64,000 nucleotides of DNA from Candidatus Anammoximicrobium sp. (GTDB lineage Bacteria > Planctomycetota > Planctomycetia > Pirellulales > Pirellulaceae). The notes beneath the pieces are model-generated. The model saw only the letters and a program-made list of their open reading frames with translations, had not been told where the DNA came from and made no database searches. Every line of letters starts with the position of its first letter. The stretch's first letter is position 1. Below, one piece after another: positions 18,379 through 28,929 of this stretch. The stretch lies in contig JAVYAJ010000193.1 of assembly GCA_032229885.1 (NCBI GenBank), forward strand, positions 2,904 to 66,903. The letters are read 5' to 3'. The translations under genes were made by a program, and so were the position numbers.

Positions 18379-20253
18379 ATGAGCAAATACGCCAAACCTC
18401 TGGAAGTGGCCACGGACGCCGCGTTGCGCGCCGGCGCGATGTTGCGCGCCGAGTTTCACCGATCGGACGGGCCTCGCGGGTGCGACGGACACGCCCCGGT
18501 GGATCGCCAAGCCGAACTTCTGATTCGCGACCTCTTGCAGTCCGAGTTTGCCTGGAACTACCGCGGCGAAGAACTGGGGTACACGGCAACGCAGGCGGAC
18601 GCGCCGCTGTGGCTGGTCGACCCGCACGACGGCACGTCCGTATTCCTTACCGGCCGCCGCGGCAGCGCGGTCAGCATCGCCGCGCTGGAAGACGGCGTGC
18701 CCGTGCTGGGCGTGGTCTATGCGTTCGGATACCCCGACGATGACGGCGATTTGATCTGCTGGGCCGAGGGGTGCGGGCCGCTGCAGCGAAACGGCCGACC
18801 GATCGGCGATGGCGACGCAGCCGAAGGGCGCGAGCCGACTCGGCGGTTCGATCCGGTCGTGCTGTTATGGGCCACGGCCGACGCCCAGGCGCAGGCTGCT
18901 TGGCGCTGCGTCCAACCGGCTCGCTATGCCGCACTGCCCAGCATCGCATATCGTCTGGCTCTGGTGGCGGCCGGCGACGCCACGGCCGCCGTGTGCGTCA
19001 CCGGGCCGATGGGTTGGGATTACGCCGCCGGGCACGCCCTGTTGCGCGGCGTGGACGGCGTGTTGCTGAACCAGGCGGGCGATCCGATCAGTTATTCTCG
19101 GGATGGGCAGAGCTACGCAAGCCGTTGTTTCGGCGGAGACAAGACGCTCGTGCGAACGCTCGTGCCTCGAGATTGGACGGCCCTGTTCGCACCGGTTGGC
19201 CGCGCCCGCGGCCGCGGCTTTTCCTTGACGGCCCCGCGGCGCGGACGGGGCGTTGCCGATGCGGGGCTGCTGTGTCGCGCGCAAGGTTGCCTGTTGGGCC
19301 AGTTCGTCGGCGACTCGTTGGGCGGCTGCGTCAAGTCGCGATCCGCGACCGAGATTCGCAGCGAGTTTCCGGATGGCGTGCGCGACCTGGGCGACGGCGG
19401 TGTCGATGGTCGGCTGGCCGGCCAGCCGACCGACGACTCGGAACTGGCGCTGATGCTGGCCCGAACGCTGGCGCAACAGCAGGCGTTCGATCCAGACGCC
19501 GTGCGCCAGGCATACGTGCATTGGCTGGACTTGCCCCTGGTCGGCGACAACCCGACGACGTTTGCCGCGCTGACGGCGACTTTGCGAGACGCGACGGTCG
19601 ATCGGCGCCAGAGCGCCGAATCGGCCGAGGCGGACAGCCACGCCATCGCGCCGCTGGCCCGGATCAGCCCGCTGGGGATCTTTGCCGCCGGTCGGCCGGC
19701 GGATGCGTTCGCGTGGGCTCGCGCGGACAGCGGCTTGACTCATCCGCACCGCGTCTGCCAGGACGCGTCCGCGGTGTTCGCGGCGGCGATTGCCCATGCA
19801 GTGGGCAGCGGGGCGACAGCCCGCGAGGTCTATCGGACCGCGCTGACGATCGCCCAACATGCCGAAGCGTGCGACGAAGTGTGTCGGTCCGTCCGCGCAG
19901 CCGAACACGCGGCTCCGCCCGAGGACGAGCGCCAGTCGGCCGGCGTTTTGGCCGCGTTGCAGAACGCCTTTTATCAGGTGCTGCACGCGCCGAGTTTCGA
20001 ACAGGGCCTTGTGGCGACGGCGATGGCCGGCGGTGACGCCAACGCCAATACGGCCATTGCCGGCGCGTTGCTGGGGGCCGTGTACGGCCGCTCGGCGATT
20101 CCGCGGCGGTGGCGGCGCGCCGTGCTGTCGTGTCGGCCGCTGCGAGGCACGCCGACGGCGCATCCTCGCCACGTCGAATTCTGGCCCGTCGACGGGCTGG
20201 AACTTGCCGAAGCGCTGCTGTTGGCCGGGCAAGCCGCGTCGTCTCGCCACTGA
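18379..20253 (+). CDS. Fusion protein: inositol monophosphatase/CysQ-family phosphatase + ADP-ribosylglycohydrolase
   Basis: ATG at 18379 inside ORF 17752..20253. IMPase motifs are WLVDPHDGTSVF and GWDYAAGHALL. ARH motifs are GQFVGDSLGG, PTDDSELALMLA and GGDANANTAIAGALLGAVYG. There is one uninterrupted frame. Confidence 0.85.
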   Translation: MSKYAKPLEVATDAALRAGAMLRAEFHRSDGPRGCDGHAPVDRQAELLIRDLLQSEFAWNYRGEELGYTATQADAPLWLVDPHDGTSVFLTGRRGSAVSIAALEDGVPVLGVVYAFGYPDDDGDLICWAEGCGPLQRNGRPIGDGDAAEGREPTRRFDPVVLLWATADAQAQAAWRCVQPARYAALPSIAYRLALVAAGDATAAVCVTGPMGWDYAAGHALLRGVDGVLLNQAGDPISYSRDGQSYASRCFGGDKTLVRTLVPRDWTALFAPVGRARGRGFSLTAPRRGRGVADAGLLCRAQGCLLGQFVGDSLGGCVKSRSATEIRSEFPDGVRDLGDGGVDGRLAGQPTDDSELALMLARTLAQQQAFDPDAVRQAYVHWLDLPLVGDNPTTFAALTATLRDATVDRRQSAESAEADSHAIAPLARISPLGIFAAGRPADAFAWARADSGLTHPHRVCQDASAVFAAAIAHAVGSGATAREVYRTALTIAQHAEACDEVCRSVRAAEHAAPPEDERQSAGVLAALQNAFYQVLHAPSFEQGLVATAMAGGDANANTAIAGALLGAVYGRSAIPRRWRRAVLSCRPLRGTPTAHPRHVEFWPVDGLELAEALLLAGQAASSRH

Positions 20254-20352
20254 CCGTACGTTTCCCGTTGATCCATCACACGGCCGGCAGATCCGGGCCG
20301 CGCCACCGACCTGTCGACTCACCCCGCCGACCCAACCGAGAAGGAGTATCCG

Positions 20353-21621
20353 ATGACCGTAGACACCCGAGCTTGCGACCGTCGTCAGTTCTTGGGCCAC
20401 GTTGCCGCGGGAACGATTGTATCGCCGTTGGTCTTGGCGCGTGCGGCTCGCGCGGCGGACGCCGCGCCGCCCAGCGATCGCGTGGTGGCCGCCCTGATCG
20501 GGTGCGGCGGGCGCGGCCTGGGGCTGTTGGGCATCCACAACGATCCTGGCTGTACGTTGGCCGCCGTCTGCGACGTCGACCTGCAGCGCGTCGACGTCGC
20601 GCAGAAACGGATTGGCGGCGGTGAAGCCTACCAGGATTTCCGCCGGATCCTGGACCGAAGCGACATCGACGCCGTGCTGATCGGTACGCCCGATCATTGG
20701 CACGCCGCGATCACGACGATGGCTTGCCAGGCGGGCAAAGACGTGTACTGCGAAAAGCCCTTGTGCCGCACCATCGACGAAGGGCGGAAAATGACCCAGG
20801 CGGCGCGGCGTTACGACCGGGTCGTACAGATGGGCAGCCAGTATCGATCGATCGCGCGTTCGCGCGAGGCCTGCGAATGGGTCCGCAACGGCCGACTGGG
20901 CAAGGTGCACACGGTGCGGTTGACGCACCCGTCAAACCGGACACACCCCTGCGAACCGTCGCGCCCGGTCCCGGCTAACCTGGACTGGGATCTATGGTTG
21001 GGGCCCGCCCCGTGGGCGGATTACCATCCGGCGAGATGCCATTTCAGTTTTCGTTACTTTATGGACTACGGCGGGGGCGCGCTGGCCGACAACGGCGTCC
21101 ACATGTTCAGCGTCGTTTCCTGGGCAATGGGCACGGATCAGACTGGCCCGGTCTCGGTCGAGGCCACAGGGCGATCCGCGCCGAACAACCTGTTCGATGT
21201 GCCGGTGGATCTGCGCGTCCAGTACGAGTTTGCCGACCCACAGTTCACCATGATCTGGGACCAGGGGCCAAACCAAAAACTGAACCTCGAGTTTGTCGGC
21301 AGCCAGGCCACTTTGAGCGGCTTCTGGGAGTTCGAGATCACGCAGGGCCAAGCCGATCTGTCGCCGACGCGCGGGGATGAGATCCAGTTGGAACGCAGCA
21401 ACAGCCACAACGGCAACTGGCTCGAGTGCATCGCCTCGCGCCGCCGCCCCGTGCTGGACGTGGAAACCGGGCATCGCGTGACGACGTGGAGCCATCTGGG
21501 CAACATCGCCTATCAACTGGGCCGCAAGCTGCGCTGGGATCCGGCCGCCGAACAGTTCATCGCCGACGACGAGGCCAACCGCCTGTTGCGCACCGCGTAC
21601 CGCGCGCCCTGGCGGCTGTGA
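20353..21621 (+). CDS. Gfo/Idh/MocA-family oxidoreductase with twin-arginine signal
   Basis: Tat-like N-terminus (DRRQFLGHVAAG...AARA). Rossmann segment ALIGCGGRG, plus EKPL and DAVLIGTPDHWH motifs. Confidence 0.9.
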   Translation: MTVDTRACDRRQFLGHVAAGTIVSPLVLARAARAADAAPPSDRVVAALIGCGGRGLGLLGIHNDPGCTLAAVCDVDLQRVDVAQKRIGGGEAYQDFRRILDRSDIDAVLIGTPDHWHAAITTMACQAGKDVYCEKPLCRTIDEGRKMTQAARRYDRVVQMGSQYRSIARSREACEWVRNGRLGKVHTVRLTHPSNRTHPCEPSRPVPANLDWDLWLGPAPWADYHPARCHFSFRYFMDYGGGALADNGVHMFSVVSWAMGTDQTGPVSVEATGRSAPNNLFDVPVDLRVQYEFADPQFTMIWDQGPNQKLNLEFVGSQATLSGFWEFEITQGQADLSPTRGDEIQLERSNSHNGNWLECIASRRRPVLDVETGHRVTTWSHLGNIAYQLGRKLRWDPAAEQFIADDEANRLLRTAYRAPWRL

Positions 21622-21718
21622 ATGCCGCCTGCCGCACGAACGGTTCGGGCAGGCCTGGACTTGGCGAACGAATTCCCGGCCGTTGGCGGCGGGGGCGGCG
21701 ACGCTGAGCCCCAGCGCT

Positions 21719-22843
21719 TCATGTGCGGCGTGCGTCCGAGGGCGGGTTTTCCGCGTCTTCGATTTGATAGTCGGCCAGTTTTTTGCGGAGCGTGTTGCGA
21801 TTGATCCCCAGGCGCGCGGCGGCTTTCGTCTGTACGCGGTTGCACTCGGCGAGAACCTGAACGATCAACTCGCGTTCGACCCGATTGACGATCCGCTCGT
21901 GCATGTCCGCGGCGGCCGGTCCGGCGGCGGCCAGACCCTGCTGGACGACTTCGACGACCAGTGTGTCCAGATCCACCCCCTGAATCTGGCCGCGCCGTGC
22001 GCGGTCTCGGCCGGTAAGCACGCCCGGCAGCAGGGCCGGCGTCCAAGTGTCGTCTTCGGTCAGTACGACAGCCCGCTCGACGTAGCTTTGCAATTCGCGC
22101 ACATTCCCCGGCCAATGGTAATCCTGCAGCGCTTGATGCACGTCGGGATGGACTTGCAGCGCCGGCCGGTCGGCGCGCTCGGCGAGCTGCCGCAGGAAAT
22201 GCTCGACCAGCTCGGGGATGTCCTCGCGCCGCATCCTGAGCGGCGGAACCGTGATCGGTGCAACGTTCAGCCGCCAGTACAAATCCTCGCGAAATCGCTG
22301 CGCCTCGACCTCGCCCAGCAGGTCGCCGCTGTTGGTCGCGATCAGGCGGATATCGGCGCGGCGCGTGCGCGTGTCGCCCAGGCGGGTGAACGAGCCGCCC
22401 TGCACGACGCCCAGCAACCGCGTCTGCAAGCGCAGCGGCAGCGCCCCGATCTCGTTCAACACGAGCGTGCCGCCGCCCAGCGACTCGACACAGCCGACAC
22501 GGCCGCCAACGGCCCCGGCAAACGCCCCGCGGACGTGGCCGAACAGTTCACTCGCCAGGCCGAGTTCGTCGAACCCACGGCAATCGACGGTCGCCAGCGG
22601 CCCGCCGCTGCGGTCGCTGAGCCGATGGACCGCGTGGGCGAGCAGAGTCTTGCCGACGCCCGGTTCGCCCTGTACCAGCGCGCACGTGCGGCTGCGGGCG
22701 ATTTGGCGCGCCCAGTGATTCACGTGCTGCATGGCCGGGCTGCCGCCAACCAGACTCGAGGTCGGTGATCGACCGCCATCGGGCGGCCGATCGCCATCGG
22801 GCGACCGATCGCCATCGGGCGCTTGCGAGCTGTCGGCAGACAT
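21719..22843 (-). CDS. Sigma-54-dependent transcriptional activator (AAA+ bEBP) without a recognisable sensor/receiver domain
   Basis: ATG at 22843 within ORF 21719..22954. Walker A (GEPGVGKT), GAFTGA-type loop (GAFAGA), Walker B (GTLVLNEI), WPGNVRELQ, and a C-terminal Fis-type HTH (TKAAARLGINRNTLRKKL). Only about 40 aa of low-complexity N-terminus (PDGDRS repeats) precede the AAA+ core. Confidence 0.9.
   Translation of the reverse strand: MSADSSQAPDGDRSPDGDRPPDGGRSPTSSLVGGSPAMQHVNHWARQIARSRTCALVQGEPGVGKTLLAHAVHRLSDRSGGPLATVDCRGFDELGLASELFGHVRGAFAGAVGGRVGCVESLGGGTLVLNEIGALPLRLQTRLLGVVQGGSFTRLGDTRTRRADIRLIATNSGDLLGEVEAQRFREDLYWRLNVAPITVPPLRMRREDIPELVEHFLRQLAERADRPALQVHPDVHQALQDYHWPGNVRELQSYVERAVVLTEDDTWTPALLPGVLTGRDRARRGQIQGVDLDTLVVEVVQQGLAAAGPAAADMHERIVNRVERELIVQVLAECNRVQTKAAARLGINRNTLRKKLADYQIEDAENPPSDARRT
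22770..22823 (-). repeat. 18-nt in-frame coding tandem repeat x3 (encodes PDGDRS-type repeats)
   Basis: cgaccgccatcgggcggc / cgatcgccatcgggcgac / cgatcgccatcgggcgct, read directly on the + strand. Confidence 0.85.
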
Positions 22844-23073
22844 GTGCAGGCTACCTGTCGAAGGCTGGGTGTGCGGTCCGGGCCGGCTTGGGGCCGCGGC
22901 TCGCGGGTTTTGCGCGCGGCGTTTGTCGGCGTCTGGACGAGCGAGCGGTTGCAAGCTGACATCCGCCGGACGGCCTCCTCTGTCGAACCGTGTTCGGCGC
23001 TTAGCGGGCTGGCAACGTTTCGCTGGAGCGCGACGTTCCGCTTGGTTGTGACGTTCCGCCCGATGCGCGGCGT

Positions 23074-25431
23074 TCAGTTGGGTTGCGGCGAGGCGACGGC
23101 GCGGTTGGTGGTCAGTCCTTCGTGTGCGCCGCTGTCGCGGCTGGGTTCTTCGATCGCGTCGAGGATGTTGCCCAGCACCCGCTGTGTCGAGACATCCAGC
23201 GTCTCGCTACGGTTATAACGCTCGTATTGCTGAAGGATCTCGTCGCGAGTCAGGAGCACTCCGCGTCGCTGGACCGCTTGGGCAAACGCCGCGGCGGCCG
23301 CTTGCCGTTGGTCCAGTGGCCGCCCGTGTTGGCTGGCCAGCGATACCAGGGAACGCTGGCACTCGGGGCACCCCAGCAGTCCCAAAATTTGCGAGGCGCT
23401 CGTCGATAATTGCGGGGTATCCAACGCCGCCACAGCGGCCGGACGCACGCGGAACAGGTCATAAAAGGTCCGCGGCGGTTCGGCCTCGATCAGCCGGACC
23501 AAATGCTGCATCGCCCGACCAGCCTGGTCCAAGCGGCCGTCGTAGTCGACTCGCCACAAGCCCGTCAGGTCCTTCAAACGCGAGACCTGGAAGCTCATGC
23601 TTTGCACATCGTGCGGCAGCGGAAAGGCGAGCAGCAGCGGATCCAGCTCGGCGATCTCCTCGGCACGCCGTTGATTCTCGCGGCGCGCCATCAGCCCGAT
23701 CGGCAGGCCTGCGGTCAGCGGATCCTTGCGAAACATCTGAATCGTCTCGTTGGCGTCGAGCGAGTCGATTGCGTCGCTGATCAGCAAGAATTCGTAATCC
23801 GGATTGTTGATGGCCATCCGAAACGCTTCTCTGCCGCTCTCGGCGACATCCGCGCTCAAGCCGATCTCGTTCAGCACGCCGACCAGCGTCTGGCCTTTTT
23901 CGATTCGCGGCATCGCCACGAGCGCCCGCCGCGAGCCGACGGTGCGCACGAAATAACAGAACGTTTCCAAGAGATAGCTCGATCCGGGATAAGGCCGATC
24001 CGGATCCAACCGCATGATCGCGTCAGCCGCGGCCAGCCTCAGCCGCCGGTTGCTGTGCCGCAGGGCTTGGACCAGCGGACGAGGCTGTCCATCCATCGAG
24101 TAGACGAGCGTTGCCTCGCCCAGCTCGCCCAACAATTCCGCCGCGCCGATCGCGGCTGCCGGATAGTCGTTCTGGATTGCGTAGGCCAAGGCGTCTTCGA
24201 TCGCGGCCACCCCGACTTGTTTGGCTTGCGCGGCGAGCGTCCCATCGCCCTGGGGCAACGGCCGATCCAGGCCGCCTTCGATCTTGGCCTGAATCAGATT
24301 GGCCACCAGATAGAGACGGCGGGCGTCGCGGTTCTGGGGATCCAGCTTGAACAGGTCTTGAGACAAGCGGGCCGCCATCAGTCGGGAAGCGTCGGCCGCC
24401 TCGTACGTCCGCGGGACGCAGCTCCGCGTAGCGGCGTCCCAGTGCCACAACACGGTCTGATCGAGGTGGTTGACCCGTCCGACCGCGACTCCGTTCAGGT
24501 GCTCGCGGACACGGCGAAACAGATAGGTCACGGCCTCGACCCGCGACGGTTCGGAACCGACCAGTTGCACCAGTGCCAGGGCGGCGGCTTGGCGCGTCGC
24601 TTCGGGCACGCTCGGATCCAGCGCGGGGCCGACCAGAAACGGGATCGCGCGGGTCGAGCCGAATCCGGCCAACGCATGGATGGCTTGAACGCGCAGCCCC
24701 TCGTCGGGCGACTCGAGCGCTCCGAGCACGGGACCGAACATCGGCTGACCCAACTCGACCAAAGCCGTGCGAATCCAAGGATGCGCGGCTCGAAGCTGGT
24801 CATCCGCCAGAGCCTGCAGCAGAGGCGTAGCCGCCGCGTCGCCGGCGCGTTCCAAGTCGGCGATCGCCCGGGCCCGAATCGACGGCGACGGATCGCTCAA
24901 CTGCGGAACCAGCGCGGCAAGTCGCCGGGGATCGCGCGCCGCCTCGTACGCCGCGTCTCGGACGGACTTGGCGAACTGGGCGGCCTCGGGCTGCATCCGC
25001 GGTTCGCGCGCCATGCGCAGGAAAAAGCCCGTTCCGTATTCGCGGTGAAAGGCCTCGAGCTGATCGCGGTCGGGCTGGGCGGCGATCAGCCGCGTCAGAT
25101 AAAACTTGGCCACCTCAGGACGGTCGATGTCGAACAGCGACTTGACGGCGAACATCAGCTCGTCCGGCGTCGTCGGGTTTCGGTCCCGAATGGCCAGAAC
25201 CACCGGGTCGCGTTCGGTGACGGCAAGCCCGGGGCCGGCGGCGTCCGCGGCCGCCGCTTTAGGCGCCGCGGCCTTGGGCGGCGGAGCGAACGGATCCGCC
25301 GCGGGTTTGGCCGGCTGGGCGAACGGATCCGCCGCGGCATTGTCGGCAGCCTGCTGAGCCGCCAGCGACGCCGTGACCGATAGCCAGACAAGCGTTGTTG
25401 CCGTGAAAACCGCGTGCGATGATCGCTTCAT
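23074..25431 (-). CDS. Secreted HEAT-repeat protein with degenerate receiver-like domain
   Basis: ATG at 25431 gives signal peptide [27 protein letters not shown]. It contains an Ala/Pro-rich linker and HEAT-like repeats ([48 protein letters not shown]). The CheY-like segment (ALVAMP...[11 protein letters not shown]...LPIGLMA) lacks the acidic pair. Confidence 0.8.
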   Translation of the reverse strand: MKRSSHAVFTATTLVWLSVTASLAAQQAADNAAADPFAQPAKPAADPFAPPPKAAAPKAAAADAAGPGLAVTERDPVVLAIRDRNPTTPDELMFAVKSLFDIDRPEVAKFYLTRLIAAQPDRDQLEAFHREYGTGFFLRMAREPRMQPEAAQFAKSVRDAAYEAARDPRRLAALVPQLSDPSPSIRARAIADLERAGDAAATPLLQALADDQLRAAHPWIRTALVELGQPMFGPVLGALESPDEGLRVQAIHALAGFGSTRAIPFLVGPALDPSVPEATRQAAALALVQLVGSEPSRVEAVTYLFRRVREHLNGVAVGRVNHLDQTVLWHWDAATRSCVPRTYEAADASRLMAARLSQDLFKLDPQNRDARRLYLVANLIQAKIEGGLDRPLPQGDGTLAAQAKQVGVAAIEDALAYAIQNDYPAAAIGAAELLGELGEATLVYSMDGQPRPLVQALRHSNRRLRLAAADAIMRLDPDRPYPGSSYLLETFCYFVRTVGSRRALVAMPRIEKGQTLVGVLNEIGLSADVAESGREAFRMAINNPDYEFLLISDAIDSLDANETIQMFRKDPLTAGLPIGLMARRENQRRAEEIAELDPLLLAFPLPHDVQSMSFQVSRLKDLTGLWRVDYDGRLDQAGRAMQHLVRLIEAEPPRTFYDLFRVRPAAVAALDTPQLSTSASQILGLLGCPECQRSLVSLASQHGRPLDQRQAAAAAFAQAVQRRGVLLTRDEILQQYERYNRSETLDVSTQRVLGNILDAIEEPSRDSGAHEGLTTNRAVASPQPN

Positions 25432-26849
25432 CGTGGTTCCTCGTGTGGCGCGCGATTCGACGCATCCGCCTCCAGCCCCAAATGGTTTTTCCACCGTTCG
25501 ACCTGACTGGCCACCTGGTTCGGACCCGTCGAGCCGTAGCTCACGAACCGTCGGACGGCATTGGCCACACCCAGCGCGTCGTAAACCGTCGCGTCAATGG
25601 TCGGATCCGCCGCTTGAAACTGTTCCAGCGACAAATCCGCCAAACGTTGGTTCTGCTGCGAGGCGAGCGCCACCAGGCTGCCGACCAGGTGATGCGCCGT
25701 CCTCTGTGGCAACCCGCGCAAAATCAAGTGCTCCATCAACGTCGTGGCGTCCAAATAGCCGCGATCCAAGCGTTCGGCGATTTCCGCTCGCCGTAGCTCG
25801 GCGCCCGCCACCAGCGGCGCCGCCAATGTCAGACATGCCTCGACGGTGTCGAACGCGTCGAACAGCGCCGGCTTGTCCTCCTGCAAGTCCCGGTTGTAGG
25901 CCAACGGCAGCCCCTTGATCAGCACCAGAAGGGTTTGCAGATCGCCCATGACGCGCGCCGTTTTGCCCCGCGTCAGCTCGAGCACGTCCGGATTGATCTT
26001 CTGCGGCATGATCGACGAGCCGGTACAGAAAGCCTGCGGCAACGTGAGGAATCCGAACTCTGAGGTCGACCACAGAATCCACTCCTCGGCCCACGCGCTC
26101 AGGTGCGCAGCGATCAGCGCCAACACGAATACGGATTCGACGACAAAATCGCGATCACTGGACACATCCAAGCTGTTGGCGGCAACGTCGTCGAAATCCA
26201 GCCGCCGCGCGACGTCGTGACGATCGATCGGCAAACTGGTTCCGGCCACCGCCGCACACCCCAGGCTACTGACGTTGACCCTTTTTCGACAATCGGCCAG
26301 CCGTTGCCGATCCCGTTCGAGTTTCTCGCAGTACGCGAGCCAAAAATGGTTCGCCAGTACCGGTTGTGCTCGCTGCAGGTGGGTATATGCCGGTAAAATC
26401 ACGTCGGCGTCCTGATCGCACCGCTCGACGAACGACCGCTGCAGCGCCACGATCGCGCGGTCCACGCGGTCGAGCGCATCTCGAACCCACAGTCTCAGAT
26501 CGGTGGAAACCTGGTCGTTTCGGCTGCGGCCCGTATGCAGTTTCCGGCCCACATCGCCCAAACGTTTGACCAACTCGTGCTCGATGTGCATGTGGATGTC
26601 TTCGAGCTCCACACGGTATTCGAACCGCCCCTGGTCGATCTCGCGCCCGATAGCCCGCAGCTCGGATTCGATCTGCCGAGCTTCATCGGGCCCGATCAAC
26701 CCGACCGCGGACAGCATCGCCGCGTGCGCAATCGAACCCGCGATGTCGTGCGCGTACAGCCGTTGGTCGAAACTGATGCTTTCGGTGAACTGCTCAACTC
26801 GGCGATCCGTTCCGGCCTGAAAAACTCCGCTGCGACTGGGACTGGCCAA
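25428..26849 (-). CDS. argH: Argininosuccinate lyase
   Basis: Fumarate-lyase superfamily signature ([15 protein letters not shown]), TGRSRNDQV and [12 protein letters not shown]. The ORF extends to 26939, but TTG at 26849, preceded by AAGGGAG, gives a canonical length. The stop overlaps the HEAT gene start (ATGA at 25428-25431). Confidence 0.92.
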   Translation of the reverse strand: MASPSRSGVFQAGTDRRVEQFTESISFDQRLYAHDIAGSIAHAAMLSAVGLIGPDEARQIESELRAIGREIDQGRFEYRVELEDIHMHIEHELVKRLGDVGRKLHTGRSRNDQVSTDLRLWVRDALDRVDRAIVALQRSFVERCDQDADVILPAYTHLQRAQPVLANHFWLAYCEKLERDRQRLADCRKRVNVSSLGCAAVAGTSLPIDRHDVARRLDFDDVAANSLDVSSDRDFVVESVFVLALIAAHLSAWAEEWILWSTSEFGFLTLPQAFCTGSSIMPQKINPDVLELTRGKTARVMGDLQTLLVLIKGLPLAYNRDLQEDKPALFDAFDTVEACLTLAAPLVAGAELRRAEIAERLDRGYLDATTLMEHLILRGLPQRTAHHLVGSLVALASQQNQRLADLSLEQFQAADPTIDATVYDALGVANAVRRFVSYGSTGPNQVASQVERWKNHLGLEADASNRAPHEEPR

Positions 26850-27805
26850 TGATGCTCCCTTTTGCGTGAAGTACGAGTGAACGGTTGATTGGGGCGTGCG
26901 AGCCGCACACGTAGTCCGCCTCGCTGCCGGAGACGGCATATCGGGTGCGCCGAACGCCGGAAAGTCTTTGTCCGAAGCGGCTCGCCGCGCAGCGAGTCGC
27001 GGCCACGACCTCAGCCGCAGCGCGAAACGAGCGGGCTGCCCAGCGCGAGAAACGTCGAGCCCGCGTTTTCCGGGCTCGTCCCCACACCCACTGGATGCTT
27101 TTTACGTCCGTCTGCTGCAAATGGACAAAACGCATTCGCTGGCAGACCGCGCGTGGTTCAGTAAAACCAGGTAGAATCTCGTCTTTCGAGGCGGCGCACG
27201 GGGCCCCTGCGCAGTATAACTTGCGAACTGCCGTCAACAAAGCGCGTGGATGCCGGTGCGAATCATTATTTCTGCGCTGTTCGCGGTTGCGTTCGGCGCT
27301 ATTTCCGCGGACCGGTGGTCGACACAGATTGGATACACCAGCCATACGGCGCCGTCACGGGGGCGCAAGCTAGGGCGTTGCCCCAGGCTACGGTGTACGA
27401 TGGCCTGGGGCCAACACGACGGATATGGCTTGCGGCCAAAAGGCGTCTGCGGTCACTCGCCCCCGTGCGATGACAGCATGCCGGCTATTGGCTCGTTAAT
27501 TTTTGCTCGAGCCCGTCAATTCGATGCAAGCCACGCAACTCATCTAACCGATAAACTCGCCATAACCGCGGTAACCGCCATCGAGCGGCCGTGTTGCGCG
27601 CGGCTGCCAACAGCCAGACGCGACGCGCTGGAACAGGATCCGCGTCGGGGATGAACGTGCGCGTGTGCGTCGTCTAACGGCCGCGGGACGGCGGTTATCT
27701 TCAGCGTGCGTTCATTGCTCTGGGGCGACGTCCGGGCACGGCGGAACATGACGGGACGACCGTCCGCGGCAGAGCCAACCGGTCAGCATTCTCGCACAGG
27801 GCGCG

Positions 27806-28768
27806 ATGTTGGAGAGTCGCATGGATGAAAGGGTCAACACGATGCCGGAGAAACACGGACCGCAGCCGCTGATCGATGGCCCGGTCGGTGGCCGCGCGTT
27901 CTACGCGCTTCGTACGAATGCCATCGCGCGCCTGAGCGCCGAAATGCCGCCGCGCGGCGCAGCGATCGTCATGGTTCAGGCTGCGCTGATCTGCAGTGCG
28001 GTCTGCGCGGGCTGGGGCTGTTCGACCACACGGACGTCCGACACGTCACGCACGGGCATCGAACAGTTGCTGATTTCGAATGCGGTCGACCAAGCGTTGG
28101 AAAAATACGACTTCCGCCCGCTGCAGGGAAAAGCCGTCTATCTCGACGACCAATATCTCGACGCCGTGGACAAAGGATATCTGCTGTCGTCGATTCGCGA
28201 GCAGATCCTGTACAACGGCGGCAGAATCGTGCCCAAGGCTGACGACTCGGACGTTACGCTCGAGGTTCGCAGCGGCGGTGTCGGGACCGACAATCAGGAG
28301 CTGTACGTGGGCATTCCCAATATGTCAGTCCCCGGTTTGCTGCCGATCGAGATTCCGCAGATCAAGCTCTGGAATCGCACGAGTCAGATCGGCACGGCGA
28401 AACTGGGGATTCTGGCGTATGACACCAAAGCGGGCGTGGTGTATCAACAGGGAGGCCAATCGCTTGCGCGATCGGACGATACAAAGTGGTTCATGTTCGG
28501 GCTGGGGCCGTTCCAATCTGGATCCATCAAGAGCGAAATCGACCAGTCAAACCGGAATCCTACGGCGGTCGCCCGGGCGATGCCGCACGGATCCCAGATC
28601 TTGGTCGCGGATCGGGCGGCGCCGTTGGCCACGGCCGAAGCCCACACGGCCAATTCTCCGCGAGCTATCGGGCTGCCGGGCCCGCCCGGATCATTTCCAG
28701 CCCCCGAAACACCGGAGATGATCGCTTCGCCGATGTACCCGGCGTCCTATTCGAATTCAGAGCGTTGA
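27806..28768 (+). CDS. Hypothetical lipoprotein
   Basis: 320-aa ORF with coding-like composition. An internal Met at 27944 would give a signal peptide ending in a lipobox-like AGWGC. No recognisable catalytic motif. Confidence 0.7.
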   Translation: MLESRMDERVNTMPEKHGPQPLIDGPVGGRAFYALRTNAIARLSAEMPPRGAAIVMVQAALICSAVCAGWGCSTTRTSDTSRTGIEQLLISNAVDQALEKYDFRPLQGKAVYLDDQYLDAVDKGYLLSSIREQILYNGGRIVPKADDSDVTLEVRSGGVGTDNQELYVGIPNMSVPGLLPIEIPQIKLWNRTSQIGTAKLGILAYDTKAGVVYQQGGQSLARSDDTKWFMFGLGPFQSGSIKSEIDQSNRNPTAVARAMPHGSQILVADRAAPLATAEAHTANSPRAIGLPGPPGSFPAPETPEMIASPMYPASYSNSER

Positions 28769-28929
28769 CCGGAAGACCTGGGGGCGCCGCGGCGCATTTC
28801 GGCATTTCCCTGCAAGTCCCGCGCGGGTATGATGGCAGCCCGAGAACGGAGTCGCTGCAGGCTCGGTGCGCCCGCGAGCCAGGCTTTGCTTCGAGTTCCA
28901 CGACCGAAGATTGTCGATAGCTAGGAGGA

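Noticed and set aside
18865-20928. 687-aa - strand ORF spanning the IMPase-ARH and oxidoreductase genes (and 18771..20036 +)
   Set aside because: It crosses an intergenic gap and two well-supported + strand genes. The sequence is low complexity.
23410-25383. 657-aa + strand ORF antisense to the HEAT-repeat gene
   Set aside because: Arg/Gln/Gly-rich shadow ORF. The - strand frame has a signal peptide and HEAT repeats and is coupled to argH.
26959-26966. GGAAAGTC in the 950-nt argH-upstream gap, reminiscent of the RNase P RNA P4 motif (GAGGAAAGUCCGGGC)
   Set aside because: Only 8 nt match. Flanking conserved RNase P elements are absent on both strands. No tmRNA, SRP or 6S hallmarks were recognisable by eye either.
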